The notes under the pieces: generated by a model
Databases searched by the model: none
What the model was told of the DNA's origin: nothing
What the model saw: the letters and a program-made list of their open reading frames with translations, nothing else
In this document: positions 18,496-28,062 of the stretch, piece by piece
Layout: each line of letters starts with the position of its first letter
How positions within the stretch are numbered: position 1 is the stretch's first letter
Program-made: the position numbers and the translations under genes
Source: Planctomycetota bacterium
GTDB taxonomy: Bacteria > Planctomycetota > B15-G4 > SIAN01
Length of the DNA: 64,000 nucleotides
Assembly (NCBI GenBank): GCA_009691715.1
Contig: SIAN01000004.1
Coordinates: 13,101-77,100 of the forward strand
Reading direction: 5' to 3'

Positions 18496-19101
18496 TCAGA
18501 TGAAGCCCTTGGCCTTCAGCGAGCGCATCGCCGCGGCCTCGGCGGCCTGATCGACGCCGTCGCCGCCGCCCTGCTTGATCAGGCCGCGCGCCTCGAGCGC
18601 TGCCAGCACGCGCTCGTAGCTCACGTCCTGGCTTTCGCTCGCGGTGTTGCACTTCACTTCGGGGCTCGTCGGCGGCTCGTACGGATCGTCGACGCCGGTG
18701 AAATTCTTGATCTGGCCGGCGCGCGCCTTCTTGTACAGGCCCTTCACGTCGCGCGCTTCGAGCGTGTCGAGGTCGCACTCGGTGTAGACCTCGAAGAAGC
18801 GCCCGATCTTCTGGCGCTGCTCGTCGCGCGTGTCGCGGTAGGGCGAGATCGCGGCGGTGATCGCCACGACGCCGTTGCGCGTCAGCAACTTCGCGACGTA
18901 GCCGATGCGGCGGATGTTGGTGTCGCGGTCTTCCTTGCTGAAGCCGAGACCCTTGCTGATCGTCGTGCGGAACTCGTCGCCGTCGAGCAGTTCGACCTTC
19001 ATGCCGCGCTCGAGCAGCTCATTCTTGATGCGTTCCGCGAGCGTGGACTTGCCCGAGCCCGAAAGCCCGGTGAACCAGAGCGTGAAACCTTCCATGTCCA
19101 T
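18496..19101 (-). CDS. cysC: Adenylyl-sulfate kinase
   Basis: [61 protein letters not shown]. Confidence 0.96.
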   Translation of the reverse strand: MDMEGFTLWFTGLSGSGKSTLAERIKNELLERGMKVELLDGDEFRTTISKGLGFSKEDRDTNIRRIGYVAKLLTRNGVVAITAAISPYRDTRDEQRQKIGRFFEVYTECDLDTLEARDVKGLYKKARAGQIKNFTGVDDPYEPPTSPEVKCNTASESQDVSYERVLAALEARGLIKQGGGDGVDQAAEAAAMRSLKAKGFI

Positions 19102-19109
19102 CGTTCCTT

Positions 19110-20264
19110 TCACTTGGCCTTGAGGGCGTTGATGAGAATCTGGGCGATCTCGGGGCGGGTGAACTCGACCGGCGGGATGGTGCCGGCACGCAGCATGTCG
19201 CGCACCTGCGTACCGGAGAGGTTGATGCGCTCTTCCGGCGTGGCCGGGCTCGACTTGGTCGACGCCATGCCGTTGGTGCGCTTGCACCAGAACGAGTTCT
19301 CGAACTTGAGCAGGTTGATCCCGATCTCGCCGGGCGAGTACTCGTCGAAGATCTTCTGCGCGTCGTAGCTGCCGTAGTAACTGCCGACGCCGGCATGGTC
19401 GCGACCGACCAAGAAGTGGCTGACGCCGTAGTTCTGGCGGCAGATCGCGTGCAGGACCGCTTCGCTCGGCCCGCCGTAGCGCATCGCCTGCGGATAGACG
19501 ACCAGCGCCGTGCGCTCCTTCGGGTAGTAGCTGGCCAGAAGCGCCTCGTAGCACTGCATGCGGACATCGGCCGGGACGTCGTCGCTCTTGGTCTCGCCCA
19601 TCAGCGGGTGGAGCATCAAGCCGTCGACGATCTCGAGCGCGACCTTGGTCAGGTACTCGTGCGCACGGTGGATCGGGTTGCGCGTCTGGAACGCGGCGAC
19701 CGTCTTCCAGCCCTTCTGCTTGAACAGCACGCGCGTCTCGACCGGGTCGAGGCGGCGGTTGTTGTACTTGTCGTACTTGAGGCGATTGACGACCGAGATC
19801 CGGCCACCGAGGTAGGTGTCGCCGATCGAATCGAGGTAGCCGACGCCCGGGTGCGCCTTGTCATCGGTGCGCAGGACCTTCCGCGCTTCGTCGCCCTTGT
19901 CCATCTTCCACTTCGCCGCGAGGTGGAGCACGGCGAGAAGTTGCCCGTCCTGCGTCTCGAGCGCGACGTCACTGCCTTCCTTGAACTGACCCGCGTCGTC
20001 ACCCGGCTTGACCGAAAGGACGATCGGCACCGTCCACGGCAGGCCGTTCTTCAAGCGGCGCGTTGCAAGCACGGCCGCGTAGTCGGCCTGCTCCATGAAG
20101 CCCTCGAGCGGGCTCATGGCACCGACGGCGATCATGTCGACGTCGGCCATTTCGCGCGCGTTCAACACGACCTTGTGGAGCTTCGGCGCCAGGCCGAGGA
20201 GGCGGTCGCGCTCGCCACCTTCCACCACGCGATTCACCAGCCGTCCACCATGCGGTGCGATCAT
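19110..20264 (-). CDS. sat: Sulfate adenylyltransferase
   Basis: [54 protein letters not shown]. Confidence 0.97.
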   Translation of the reverse strand: MIAPHGGRLVNRVVEGGERDRLLGLAPKLHKVVLNAREMADVDMIAVGAMSPLEGFMEQADYAAVLATRRLKNGLPWTVPIVLSVKPGDDAGQFKEGSDVALETQDGQLLAVLHLAAKWKMDKGDEARKVLRTDDKAHPGVGYLDSIGDTYLGGRISVVNRLKYDKYNNRRLDPVETRVLFKQKGWKTVAAFQTRNPIHRAHEYLTKVALEIVDGLMLHPLMGETKSDDVPADVRMQCYEALLASYYPKERTALVVYPQAMRYGGPSEAVLHAICRQNYGVSHFLVGRDHAGVGSYYGSYDAQKIFDEYSPGEIGINLLKFENSFWCKRTNGMASTKSSPATPEERINLSGTQVRDMLRAGTIPPVEFTRPEIAQILINALKAK

Positions 20265-20328
20265 CGATGTCCTCTTCGCTGTCCTGGTTGCTGCCTTGGG
20301 TCACGAAACGCCGCGGGATCGCGGCGCG

Positions 20329-20589
20329 TCACAGGTATCCGAGATTCTTCAGCTTCTGCTTCACGGCCGCGAGGTCGCTCGCGTTGAAGTCCTCGGCCGC
20401 CTCGATCGCGCTCGCCGACGCGCCAGCGGCCGCTGCGGCTGCGCCCTTCAGCTCCGCTTCGCCGAGCAGGTCGCGCAGGACGAACACAATGAAGTCGGTC
20501 GGCGACGAGAAGCCTGAGTTTTCGATCACCAGCTGGACCTTGCGGTAGAGCGGGCGCGGGATTTTGACCGTGACCTTGCTCTCTCGCAT
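20329..20589 (-). CDS. Small ribbon-helix-helix (CopG-like) protein with C-terminal LKNLGY tag
   Basis: VTVKIPRPLY strand-helix, GFSSPTDFIVFVLRD; ends VKQKLKNLGYL; GAGG RBS. Confidence 0.87.
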   Translation of the reverse strand: MRESKVTVKIPRPLYRKVQLVIENSGFSSPTDFIVFVLRDLLGEAELKGAAAAAAGASASAIEAAEDFNASDLAAVKQKLKNLGYL

Positions 20590-20644
20590 CGGACCCTCAC
20601 GTGGGATTGCGGGCATCTCGACACACGCTGGGGTGCGGGAGGAA

Positions 20645-20688
20645 CGCACTCCAATCGCACTCCAATCGCACTCCAATCGCACTCCAAT
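20645..20688. repeat. Perfect tandem repeat (CGCACTCCAAT)x4
   Basis: Four exact 11-bp units starting at 20645, 20656, 20667 and 20678 in a divergent intergenic region. Confidence 0.97.
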
Positions 20689-20699
20689 AAGGCGCCATC

Positions 20700-20727
20700 T
20701 AGATACCGCCCGTTTTCTTGATGTCAA
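20700..20727 (-). promoter_or_regulatory. Putative sigma70-type promoter for the RHH-sat-cysC operon
   Basis: Minus strand TTGACA-N16-TATCTA; the -35 lies within an imperfect palindrome CTTGA-TG-TCAAG. Confidence 0.5.
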
Positions 20728-20861
20728 GCCGTCGGTCGCCCGCTGAGCCGCCGCCATGAACTGAGGTACGGTTCCCCGCCGCTGCCGGCGTTGACGGGTG
20801 CGATGGGTCGCCGTCGAACGCCCGGTACCCTCGCGCCCCCGAATCCCCCAGGAGCCTGCCC

Positions 20862-21437
20862 GTGATGCGTAGGTCGATCGCTGTCTCCCTCCTCCTTGCG
20901 TTTGCTGGGTGCGGTGACAAACCAGAATCGGGAGGCAACACTGCCTCCGCCCCTACCGCCGGTAAATCCGCTGCGCAGCTCCTGAGCGACGCCGAAACTG
21001 CGGAGCAGGCGCAGGATTGGAAGGCGATGCTTGCCTGCGCCGACGGCGCGCTTGCCGACGCCAAGGCGACCGGCGAAGAGAAGCAGCAGGCGTGGCTGAT
21101 CAAGATCGCCGCGACCGCCCACACGAACGGCGGCGATGCCGCGAAGGGTGCGATCACGGCAATGAGCGCGTCGAGCGACGTTCCGTCGGCGTCGAAGCTG
21201 GTGAGCCTTGCGACCGATCTCGTCGAAGCGGACCTCGCCGCCGTCGCCGTTGACGTTGTGGCGGCGGCTGACGCGAAGTACGGCAGCGACCCGGACGCGA
21301 AGAAACACCTCAAGAAGGTCGCCAAGATGTGCAAGGCGAAGCTCGAGGAGAGCGGCGACGCCGGCGCGCTCGCGCAACTGCAGGCCCTCGGCTACCTGAG
21401 CGCGTCGGACGACGAAGAAGAGATCGAGGACAGTTGA
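20862..21437 (+). CDS. Helical lipoprotein with near-C-terminal LQALGY tag
   Basis: Lipobox-like FAGC after hydrophobic core; AGGAG RBS; ends ALAQLQALGYLSASDDEEEIEDS. Confidence 0.82.
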   Translation: MMRRSIAVSLLLAFAGCGDKPESGGNTASAPTAGKSAAQLLSDAETAEQAQDWKAMLACADGALADAKATGEEKQQAWLIKIAATAHTNGGDAAKGAITAMSASSDVPSASKLVSLATDLVEADLAAVAVDVVAAADAKYGSDPDAKKHLKKVAKMCKAKLEESGDAGALAQLQALGYLSASDDEEEIEDS

Positions 21438-21473
21438 GCCGGCTGCGGCACTTCGCCGTGCCACGCATCCGAT

Positions 21474-21663
21474 CCTGACGCAACGATCGCGGGCGGCCCC
21501 TCGCAGCCCGTTGGCGCAGTCGCCGCGAGTCCGGCGAGTGGATTTCGAGTCGGGACGAGGAGGAGGTTCGAAGCCAACTCCCCAGAGAGTTGTCGAGAAT
21601 CTCCGACGAAGTCCCGGCTTGAAAGACGCCGCCCGCGCTGCTTTCCGATGCTTCGCCTGTCAG
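21474..21663 (+). ncRNA. Putative structured RNA (~190 nt), possibly 6S-like
   Basis: Nested complementary segments ctgac/gtcag, cgcgggcggc/gccgcccgcg, tttcgagtcgggac/gtcccggcttgaaa, ggaggttc/gaatctcc, caactc/gagttg; mismatches are G-U wobbles on the plus strand. Confidence 0.45.
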
Positions 21664-24168
21664 CTACTCCGGCGCCACCAGCGACTCGCGGTTCGCGCGA
21701 CCGCCGACGTGCGCCTTCGCCTTCGCTTCGAGCCCGGCGAGCGGGATCACGTGGCCGTCCATGTCGTCCGGTACCGGCACGCCGTGGATCGCAAGAATCG
21801 TCGCCGCGAGGTCCTGGAGGTGTGGCGCCGCGCCGGCCGCGACCTTCTTGTTGCTGAAGAAGATGCCACGCACGAGGTACGGGTGCACCGAAGTGTGGTC
21901 GCCCGACCAGCGGTTCTTGTTCGGGAAGACGATCGCTTCCTTGCTGCGATCGCCCATCGCCGTGCCCCAACCGACGCGGTAGCCGAAGTTGAATCCGACC
22001 TGAATGTCGGCCGCGCCTTCGGTGCATCGGCCCTTCGCGTCGCGCAGGTCGGTGGCGAACGGTCCGGCGAGGTAGTCGCCGCGCTTCCACGCGCCCTTGA
22101 ACACCTGACGATCGTTGGACGTGGTCTCGTTGGGATTCCGGTAAGCCAGCATCTTCGCGATCATCTGGTCGCAGACGGCGTCGTAGTCCGCAGCGTCGAC
22201 GCTTCCGTTCGGCTCACGGCCCTTCAAGTTGACGTAGATGTTCCCGATCCCGACCGAGTAGGCCTTGGTCTTTTCCCAATCGACGTACATCAGGAACTGC
22301 TTGTTCGTCGTCGGCTTGCCGTCCGGCTCCTTGCGCAGCGTCATGAAGCCCTGGTCGATCAGCCAGGCGTTCAGCTCGACCTCTTCGCGGAACGGGCTGA
22401 AGCCGTGGTCAGAGCAGACCATCAGCGTGCAGTCGCCGAGGCTTCCTGACTCGATGCGCTGCATGACGATCCCGATGGTCTTGTCGACCTCCGCGTAGAT
22501 CGCCGGGATCGCGTCCTTGGCCAAGATCGTCTGCGGGCCGAAGCGGATGGTCTTGTTGGCCTCTTCGGCCTTCCACTGCGGGTGCTTCTCATCGAAGAAG
22601 CGATACATCATGTGGCAGACGCGATCGGTCTCGCCGAAGACCTGGAACAGCGTGGTCCAGTCGTTCTTGTCGAGCTGCGCCTCGAGCATCTTGCGGCGCC
22701 ACTGGATCGTGTCCCAGATCGCCGACATGAACGACAGATCACCGATCTCATCGTCCTTGAGCGCGTGCGTCTGGCACGACCAGCCGATGGTGTCGAAGTA
22801 GCCGACGTCCTTCACCAGCTCGGCGCCGAACGCGACCGGCGAAGTGACCGGCATGTTGGGCGGCATGCCATCGGTCGCGACCGTGATCGCCGGCAAATAG
22901 AACTTCACGTCCTCGGCGTCGGGATTGCACTGCGATACGTGCAGGTGAGCGGTCGCCTTCATCGCGAAGGCATTCTCGATCTCGAACGTGACCGGGATGT
23001 AGGGCGCCCACTCGCCCTCGGCCAATGTCACTTCGCGCCCAGCCAGCGCGAACTTGATCGTCTTGTTGGCCTTGTCCACCCAACCAACGAGCGGGACGGA
23101 AGCGTTGCCCTTCTCCCCTTCCCACTTCTTCTTGTCGTTCTTGGCGGTGTTCAATTCCTTGGTCAGCGTCTGGTGCTCCGCCGTTCCCGGCTCGACGGCC
23201 TTCCACTTGTCCTCGATCTCCTTCACCTTGCGCGCCCACTTCTGCGCCTCGACGAAGTTCTCGGGCCCGGAGAGCTTGGTCTCGAAGTAGCCGATTTTGT
23301 TGCCGTCGGCGCACTTCGAGCAGCCCTTGGTGAACGTGAAGCTCTTGTTCTTGCACTTCGGGCAGATCGTCCTGAACTTCATCACCTGCCCGCCGTTCCC
23401 GGTCGGGCGCGGGAAGTCCCACTCGCTGTTGGTGTAGACGAGGTACGTGCCCGGTCCGCCGCGCACGTCGGGAACCGACAGTCCGGCGAGGAGCTTCGTG
23501 TTCGGGCCGGCGGCCGCCGGGTAATTGCACGCCACCTGCAGAACGCGTGACGACAGGTTCGCCGCGTCGAGCAGGTCCCAAAAGTTCTTGACCGCGAGGT
23601 CGTTCTGGTGCGACGGCATCGTGAAGCCGTCTTTCCACGGCAGGTCCGCTTCGCGCGAGTAGCCGATGGTCGGGATCACGCTGCCGATCAACTTCGGCTG
23701 CTTTTGGTCGTCCATGATCTCGGACCATCGGAACGTGCGGCGGATGAAGCCGAAGATGTTGGTCTTGCCGGGATTCTGGCCGCTGTTGACCGACGCCCAC
23801 GCGACCGGCGACTCGGCCGGGTTGGCGGAGCCGAGCGGCAGGAACGATCCCTGCTCCATCAGCTTCTTCGCCCATGGCATCCGCCCTTCGGCGATGAACT
23901 GCTCGGCGAGATGGTGCGACGCGCCGTCGAAGCCGATCATCACGACCCGCGGTGCGGCGACCGCTGTCGCTTTCGCTGCCGGCGCCGTCACTGCCGTCGG
24001 CACCGCCGCGTTCGCCGGCGCGGGATCCCCGGACAGCGCCGTCACTGGCGCCGCGGAGAACGGCGCGGCCGCGAGCGGTAGGGCGTTCTGTGGCCAGCAC
24101 GCCACCGCCGCGCTCGCCAGCGCCACCGTCGCCAGCAGTCCACCCACGAACCAGTGCATCGCTCGCAT
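21664..24168 (-). CDS. Alkaline phosphatase superfamily (NPP-like) enzyme 3, exported, with zinc-ribbon and coiled-coil insertions
   Basis: Signal/lipobox-like AVAC; GFDGAS, PAESPVAW, DRVCH, SDHGF, WSGDH; CPKC...CSKC insert. Confidence 0.88.
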   Translation of the reverse strand: MRAMHWFVGGLLATVALASAAVACWPQNALPLAAAPFSAAPVTALSGDPAPANAAVPTAVTAPAAKATAVAAPRVVMIGFDGASHHLAEQFIAEGRMPWAKKLMEQGSFLPLGSANPAESPVAWASVNSGQNPGKTNIFGFIRRTFRWSEIMDDQKQPKLIGSVIPTIGYSREADLPWKDGFTMPSHQNDLAVKNFWDLLDAANLSSRVLQVACNYPAAAGPNTKLLAGLSVPDVRGGPGTYLVYTNSEWDFPRPTGNGGQVMKFRTICPKCKNKSFTFTKGCSKCADGNKIGYFETKLSGPENFVEAQKWARKVKEIEDKWKAVEPGTAEHQTLTKELNTAKNDKKKWEGEKGNASVPLVGWVDKANKTIKFALAGREVTLAEGEWAPYIPVTFEIENAFAMKATAHLHVSQCNPDAEDVKFYLPAITVATDGMPPNMPVTSPVAFGAELVKDVGYFDTIGWSCQTHALKDDEIGDLSFMSAIWDTIQWRRKMLEAQLDKNDWTTLFQVFGETDRVCHMMYRFFDEKHPQWKAEEANKTIRFGPQTILAKDAIPAIYAEVDKTIGIVMQRIESGSLGDCTLMVCSDHGFSPFREEVELNAWLIDQGFMTLRKEPDGKPTTNKQFLMYVDWEKTKAYSVGIGNIYVNLKGREPNGSVDAADYDAVCDQMIAKMLAYRNPNETTSNDRQVFKGAWKRGDYLAGPFATDLRDAKGRCTEGAADIQVGFNFGYRVGWGTAMGDRSKEAIVFPNKNRWSGDHTSVHPYLVRGIFFSNKKVAAGAAPHLQDLAATILAIHGVPVPDDMDGHVIPLAGLEAKAKAHVGGRANRESLVAPE

Positions 24169-24396
24169 GCGCAGTCTCTCCAGGCGCGCCCGAGATGAAG
24201 CGGCGCAATGGGTTGCTCTTTCGGGCTTGAGGCGGCGCAGAGTAAAGCGACCCGTGTCCGGACGATCGCGCGCTCCTGCGTCGATTCGGCACAAGGGGCG
24301 CGCCACGCTGCGCCGCCGGCCCCGTGGCGCAATGGGACGAAGCTCGGGGACCGATGTTTGCGGTGGGCCGCCGCTTTCCTCCCGGAGGCTCGATTG

Positions 24397-27300
24397 ATGA
24401 AGCGACTTGGGCCTTGGCTCGTGGCCACGATCGTTGCGATCGGGTGTTTCGCCTGGTGGAGTTCACGCAAAGGCGACCCGCCACGACTCGCCCCGGCCGC
24501 TCCGCTCACCGCTGCCGACGCCGCCGCAGATTCGACCGCCGACTCGACCGCCCCCTCGATCGCGCCTGCTGCCGACCGCGCCACCGACCCGGCCCCCACC
24601 TCGAGCGACGCCATCGTCGCGGACGTGATCGGCACCGGGAGCCTGCGGATCGAAGGGCAAGTGGTCTTCGCCGCCGATGGACGCCCCGCCGCTTTTGCGC
24701 GGGTCCGCGCGTTCGACCGTTTCCCGGCCTTGACGCCACGCTCGATGCGCGGCGGCGCGGATGGCGTCGAGTCGGAACCGACGACGCACCGGCACTCCGG
24801 ACAAGCGGTCCACGACCTCGCCGAACGAGACGCCTCGAACTTCGCTCGGAACGAGGACTTCGACGACGCCACCGACGATGCGGAACGCACGCCGAAACCA
24901 CCCGCCGAGGCGCTCGCTGAAACGACCGCCGACGCGACCGGCGCTTTCGTCCTCGCCGGCCTCACGCGCGGCACGGTGCACGTCGATGCGATCGCCGAAT
25001 TTGCGTCGTGCGAACAGCCGCAGGTCATTTCGCTCACGGACGAGTCGACCGTCGACTCGATCCGGCTCCTGCTCACCGATGGAGCCGCGCTGCGCGGGCG
25101 CGTCGCCGATCCGTCCGGCGCGCCGGTCGCCGGAGCGCGCGTGGTCGCCACACCGCCCTTCGATCCATTCGCAATGTTCGCCGCCGGCGGAATGCAGATG
25201 CGCGAGCCGTGGATCGCGCTGACCGACGCATCCGGTCGCTTCGCGCTGCCGGGACTCGCGGCGGGTCTCACGCTCGACCTCACGGCCACCGCCACTGGCT
25301 TCGCACCATCGGCACACCAGAAGGTCGTGACGGCGCTGCGCCAGACCGTGCAAGCGGATCTGATCCTGCAGAAGAGCGGGCGCATCGACGTGATCGTGCA
25401 CGACTCTTCAGGCCAGCCGCTCACCAACGTTGCCTGCACGCTCGGCGCAGCCGAACTCAAGCTCGATGAGCTCGCGACCAGCGCGGAGTCGTTTCGCGGC
25501 ACGCGACGCCAACTGGACCCGCAGGGGCGTGCGACCTTCGAGGGACTCGCCGTCGGCAAGTGGCAGATCCGCATCGATCGCGCGCCATGGCTCGAAGCCA
25601 AGCGCGCGGTCGAACTGCGCGAGACGGGCGAGACGGCGACGGTCGAGTTTGTGGTCGAGCTCGGCAAGGAGCTGCAAGGGCGGGTCGCCGCCCGTGACGG
25701 CACTCCGCTCGCCGGTGCGCGCGTCACGGCCGTCGAGCCGCCCTCGATCATGAACGTGATGCGCGCCGCGCGCGGTTCTGGCCGCCGCCAGGCCACGACT
25801 GACGCCGACGGGCGCTTCCTCCTTTTGGGACTCGGTGCCGGGCAGTTCGACGTGACCGCTCGCGCCATCGGCTACGACGAGGCAACGGTCAGTGCAGCAG
25901 CCGGCGGCCCGCCGATCGAGATCGTGCTGCCGACGCGCGGCGCGTTCGAGGGCATCGTCATCTCGCAACAGTCGGGAAAGCCGCTCCACGAGTTCACGCT
26001 CCACCTCGAGCGCAAGAGCACCGGCGGTGGCGGCATGTTCGACGTCGCCGACATGCAGCGCACCGTGCCGCTCTCGCTGGCGTTCGCCCATGAGCAGGGC
26101 AAGTTCCGCGTCGCCGGTGTCGCGCCCGGCGAACTGCGCATCGCCATCACGGCTGCCGGCCACGGCCGCTGGCAGGGCGCCTGGTTCACGCTCGCGGACG
26201 GCACCACGCGCAAGGGGATCATCGCGACGCTTGGTCCGGAGGCCGTCATCGAGGGCATCGTCGTCGCCGCCGCGGACGGCGCCCCCATCGCCGGCGCGCA
26301 ACTGCGCCTCGTCGCTGCGGACCAGGCGATGATGCAGAAGCTCATCGCAGGCATGCTCGGCGACACCGCCGCCACCAGCGGCGCGGACGGCCGGTTCCGC
26401 ATCGGCGAGCTCGGCGCTGGATCGCACAAGCTCGCGGTGAAGAAGGACAGATTCGTCGAGACCGAGCCGCCTGCGATCACGCTCGCGGAGGGCGAGACTT
26501 CGGCGCTGCTGCGCATCGAGCTCGCGTCGGGTGCCGAGATCTTCGGCAACGTCGTCGACGCCGACGGCCACCCGCTCGCCGGCGCGAGCCTGATGTGCCA
26601 GGACATTGCACGCATGGCGATCCGATCGGCCAAGAGCGATGCCGCCGGCAACTACCGGTTCGAGGGTCTCGCGCCCGGCAACTTCGCGCTCACCCGCATG
26701 CCAGCGGAGATGGCGATCGGGAGCGACAAGTTCTTCGAGCAGATGCAGGGGCAGATCGAGACGCGCACGATCAAACTCAGCGCGGGCGAATCACTGCGCG
26801 TTGATTTTGGGGCGCAGATCAAAGGCAGCGCCGTCCTGGTCGGACGCGTCGTCTCCGGCGGAGCGCCCGTCCCCGACGCGCTGGTGCAGGTGATCGCCAG
26901 CGAGCAGGGCGGCAAAGTCGGCAGCGTGGGTGGCGGGGTGGCGATGGGCACGTGCGACCACGACGGTCGTTTCCGCGTCGAGCGCTTGCACGCCGGCCGA
27001 GCGTTCGCGCAGGTGAATCTCGGCGATCCAGGCGGCGGTGGGATGAACGCGGTGCTGGTGCCGGTCCTGCTGGAAGCTGGCGCTACGACCGAGGTGACGC
27101 TCGAGGTGCCGGCGGCGAGCGTCTCCGGCGAAGTCCTCGAGGTAGGAAGCCGCAAGCCGTTGGCCGGAATCGCGGTTTACGTTGGAGCAGCGCCCGACGC
27201 ACCGACGGCCGGCATCGAGATGGCGATGCGCCGCTCGCTTGCGGTGCGCACCGACGCGAACGGCAAGTTCCGCCTCGACCACGTGCGGCCGGGCCGCTGC

Positions 27301-27972
27301 CGGGTCGTCGCCGGCGCGGGCGATCTGCTCGGAGGCGGATCGAGCGATTACGGCGTGGGTTCGTCGCCGATCGTGGTTCCGGCCGTGGGCGCGGTCGATG
27401 CCGGCACGTTGCTGCTCGCACCCGCGGCTCGCATCAGCGGACAACTCGTCGACGGCACCGGCAAGCCACTCGCGCAAGGCTCGATCTTCCTGCGCGATGC
27501 TGCAACCGGCGGATACCTCGAGGAATGGAGCAGCACCTCGAGCGACGAGAACGGCGAGTTCGAGTACGCGGGCGTCCCCGAAGGCAGCTGGGATGTCGTC
27601 GCGCGCGCGCCGGGCTACGCGACGGCGGTGGCACGCGGGATCTCGGCGCGTCCAGGTGGAATCAATCGAACCCGCATCAAGCTTGTCGGCGGGACCGAGG
27701 TCTTCGCGCTCCTGAACGCGGTCCCGTTCGCAGACCTGTTGACGCTGTCGGCGGCAGTCGATGGGCCCGACGGAGCGATCCCGCTGACGCTGTTCGGACT
27801 CTCCGAGCTGGCGGATGCGATGCAGCAGCCATGGCAGCCCGATGTGGTGCGGCTCGGACGCTTCGGGCCGGGCCGCTACCGCGTTCACGGCCAGCTCCGC
27901 GGCACTCCTTTCGAGCAGACATTCGAGCTCGCTGGCGAGCCGGAACTGCGGATCCCGATCCGCTTCGATTGA
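24397..27972 (+). CDS. Large membrane-anchored carboxypeptidase-regulatory-like (beta-sandwich) repeat protein
   Basis: N-terminal TM; many repeats of G-x-V-x-D-x-x-G-x-P-x-x-G-A-x-V ... T-D-x-x-G-x-F-x-x-x-x-L-x-x-G. Confidence 0.85.
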   Translation: MKRLGPWLVATIVAIGCFAWWSSRKGDPPRLAPAAPLTAADAAADSTADSTAPSIAPAADRATDPAPTSSDAIVADVIGTGSLRIEGQVVFAADGRPAAFARVRAFDRFPALTPRSMRGGADGVESEPTTHRHSGQAVHDLAERDASNFARNEDFDDATDDAERTPKPPAEALAETTADATGAFVLAGLTRGTVHVDAIAEFASCEQPQVISLTDESTVDSIRLLLTDGAALRGRVADPSGAPVAGARVVATPPFDPFAMFAAGGMQMREPWIALTDASGRFALPGLAAGLTLDLTATATGFAPSAHQKVVTALRQTVQADLILQKSGRIDVIVHDSSGQPLTNVACTLGAAELKLDELATSAESFRGTRRQLDPQGRATFEGLAVGKWQIRIDRAPWLEAKRAVELRETGETATVEFVVELGKELQGRVAARDGTPLAGARVTAVEPPSIMNVMRAARGSGRRQATTDADGRFLLLGLGAGQFDVTARAIGYDEATVSAAAGGPPIEIVLPTRGAFEGIVISQQSGKPLHEFTLHLERKSTGGGGMFDVADMQRTVPLSLAFAHEQGKFRVAGVAPGELRIAITAAGHGRWQGAWFTLADGTTRKGIIATLGPEAVIEGIVVAAADGAPIAGAQLRLVAADQAMMQKLIAGMLGDTAATSGADGRFRIGELGAGSHKLAVKKDRFVETEPPAITLAEGETSALLRIELASGAEIFGNVVDADGHPLAGASLMCQDIARMAIRSAKSDAAGNYRFEGLAPGNFALTRMPAEMAIGSDKFFEQMQGQIETRTIKLSAGESLRVDFGAQIKGSAVLVGRVVSGGAPVPDALVQVIASEQGGKVGSVGGGVAMGTCDHDGRFRVERLHAGRAFAQVNLGDPGGGGMNAVLVPVLLEAGATTEVTLEVPAASVSGEVLEVGSRKPLAGIAVYVGAAPDAPTAGIEMAMRRSLAVRTDANGKFRLDHVRPGRCRVVAGAGDLLGGGSSDYGVGSSPIVVPAVGAVDAGTLLLAPAARISGQLVDGTGKPLAQGSIFLRDAATGGYLEEWSSTSSDENGEFEYAGVPEGSWDVVARAPGYATAVARGISARPGGINRTRIKLVGGTEVFALLNAVPFADLLTLSAAVDGPDGAIPLTLFGLSELADAMQQPWQPDVVRLGRFGPGRYRVHGQLRGTPFEQTFELAGEPELRIPIRFD

Positions 27973-28062
27973 CCGGGCGACGGCGTTGGAACCGGCGCGT
28001 CGGTGAGTCGTGTTCGGTAGTCTCCCTGCCCCGTCCTGCTCTGGATCCAAGGAGGATTGTCG

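Noticed and set aside
20645..20688. Possible CRISPR array
   Set aside because: Units are 11 bp with no spacers, and no cas genes are present.
13754..24168. Calling the three AP-superfamily genes sulfatases
   Set aside because: No C/S-x-P-x-R formylglycine motif; the signatures are NPP-like.
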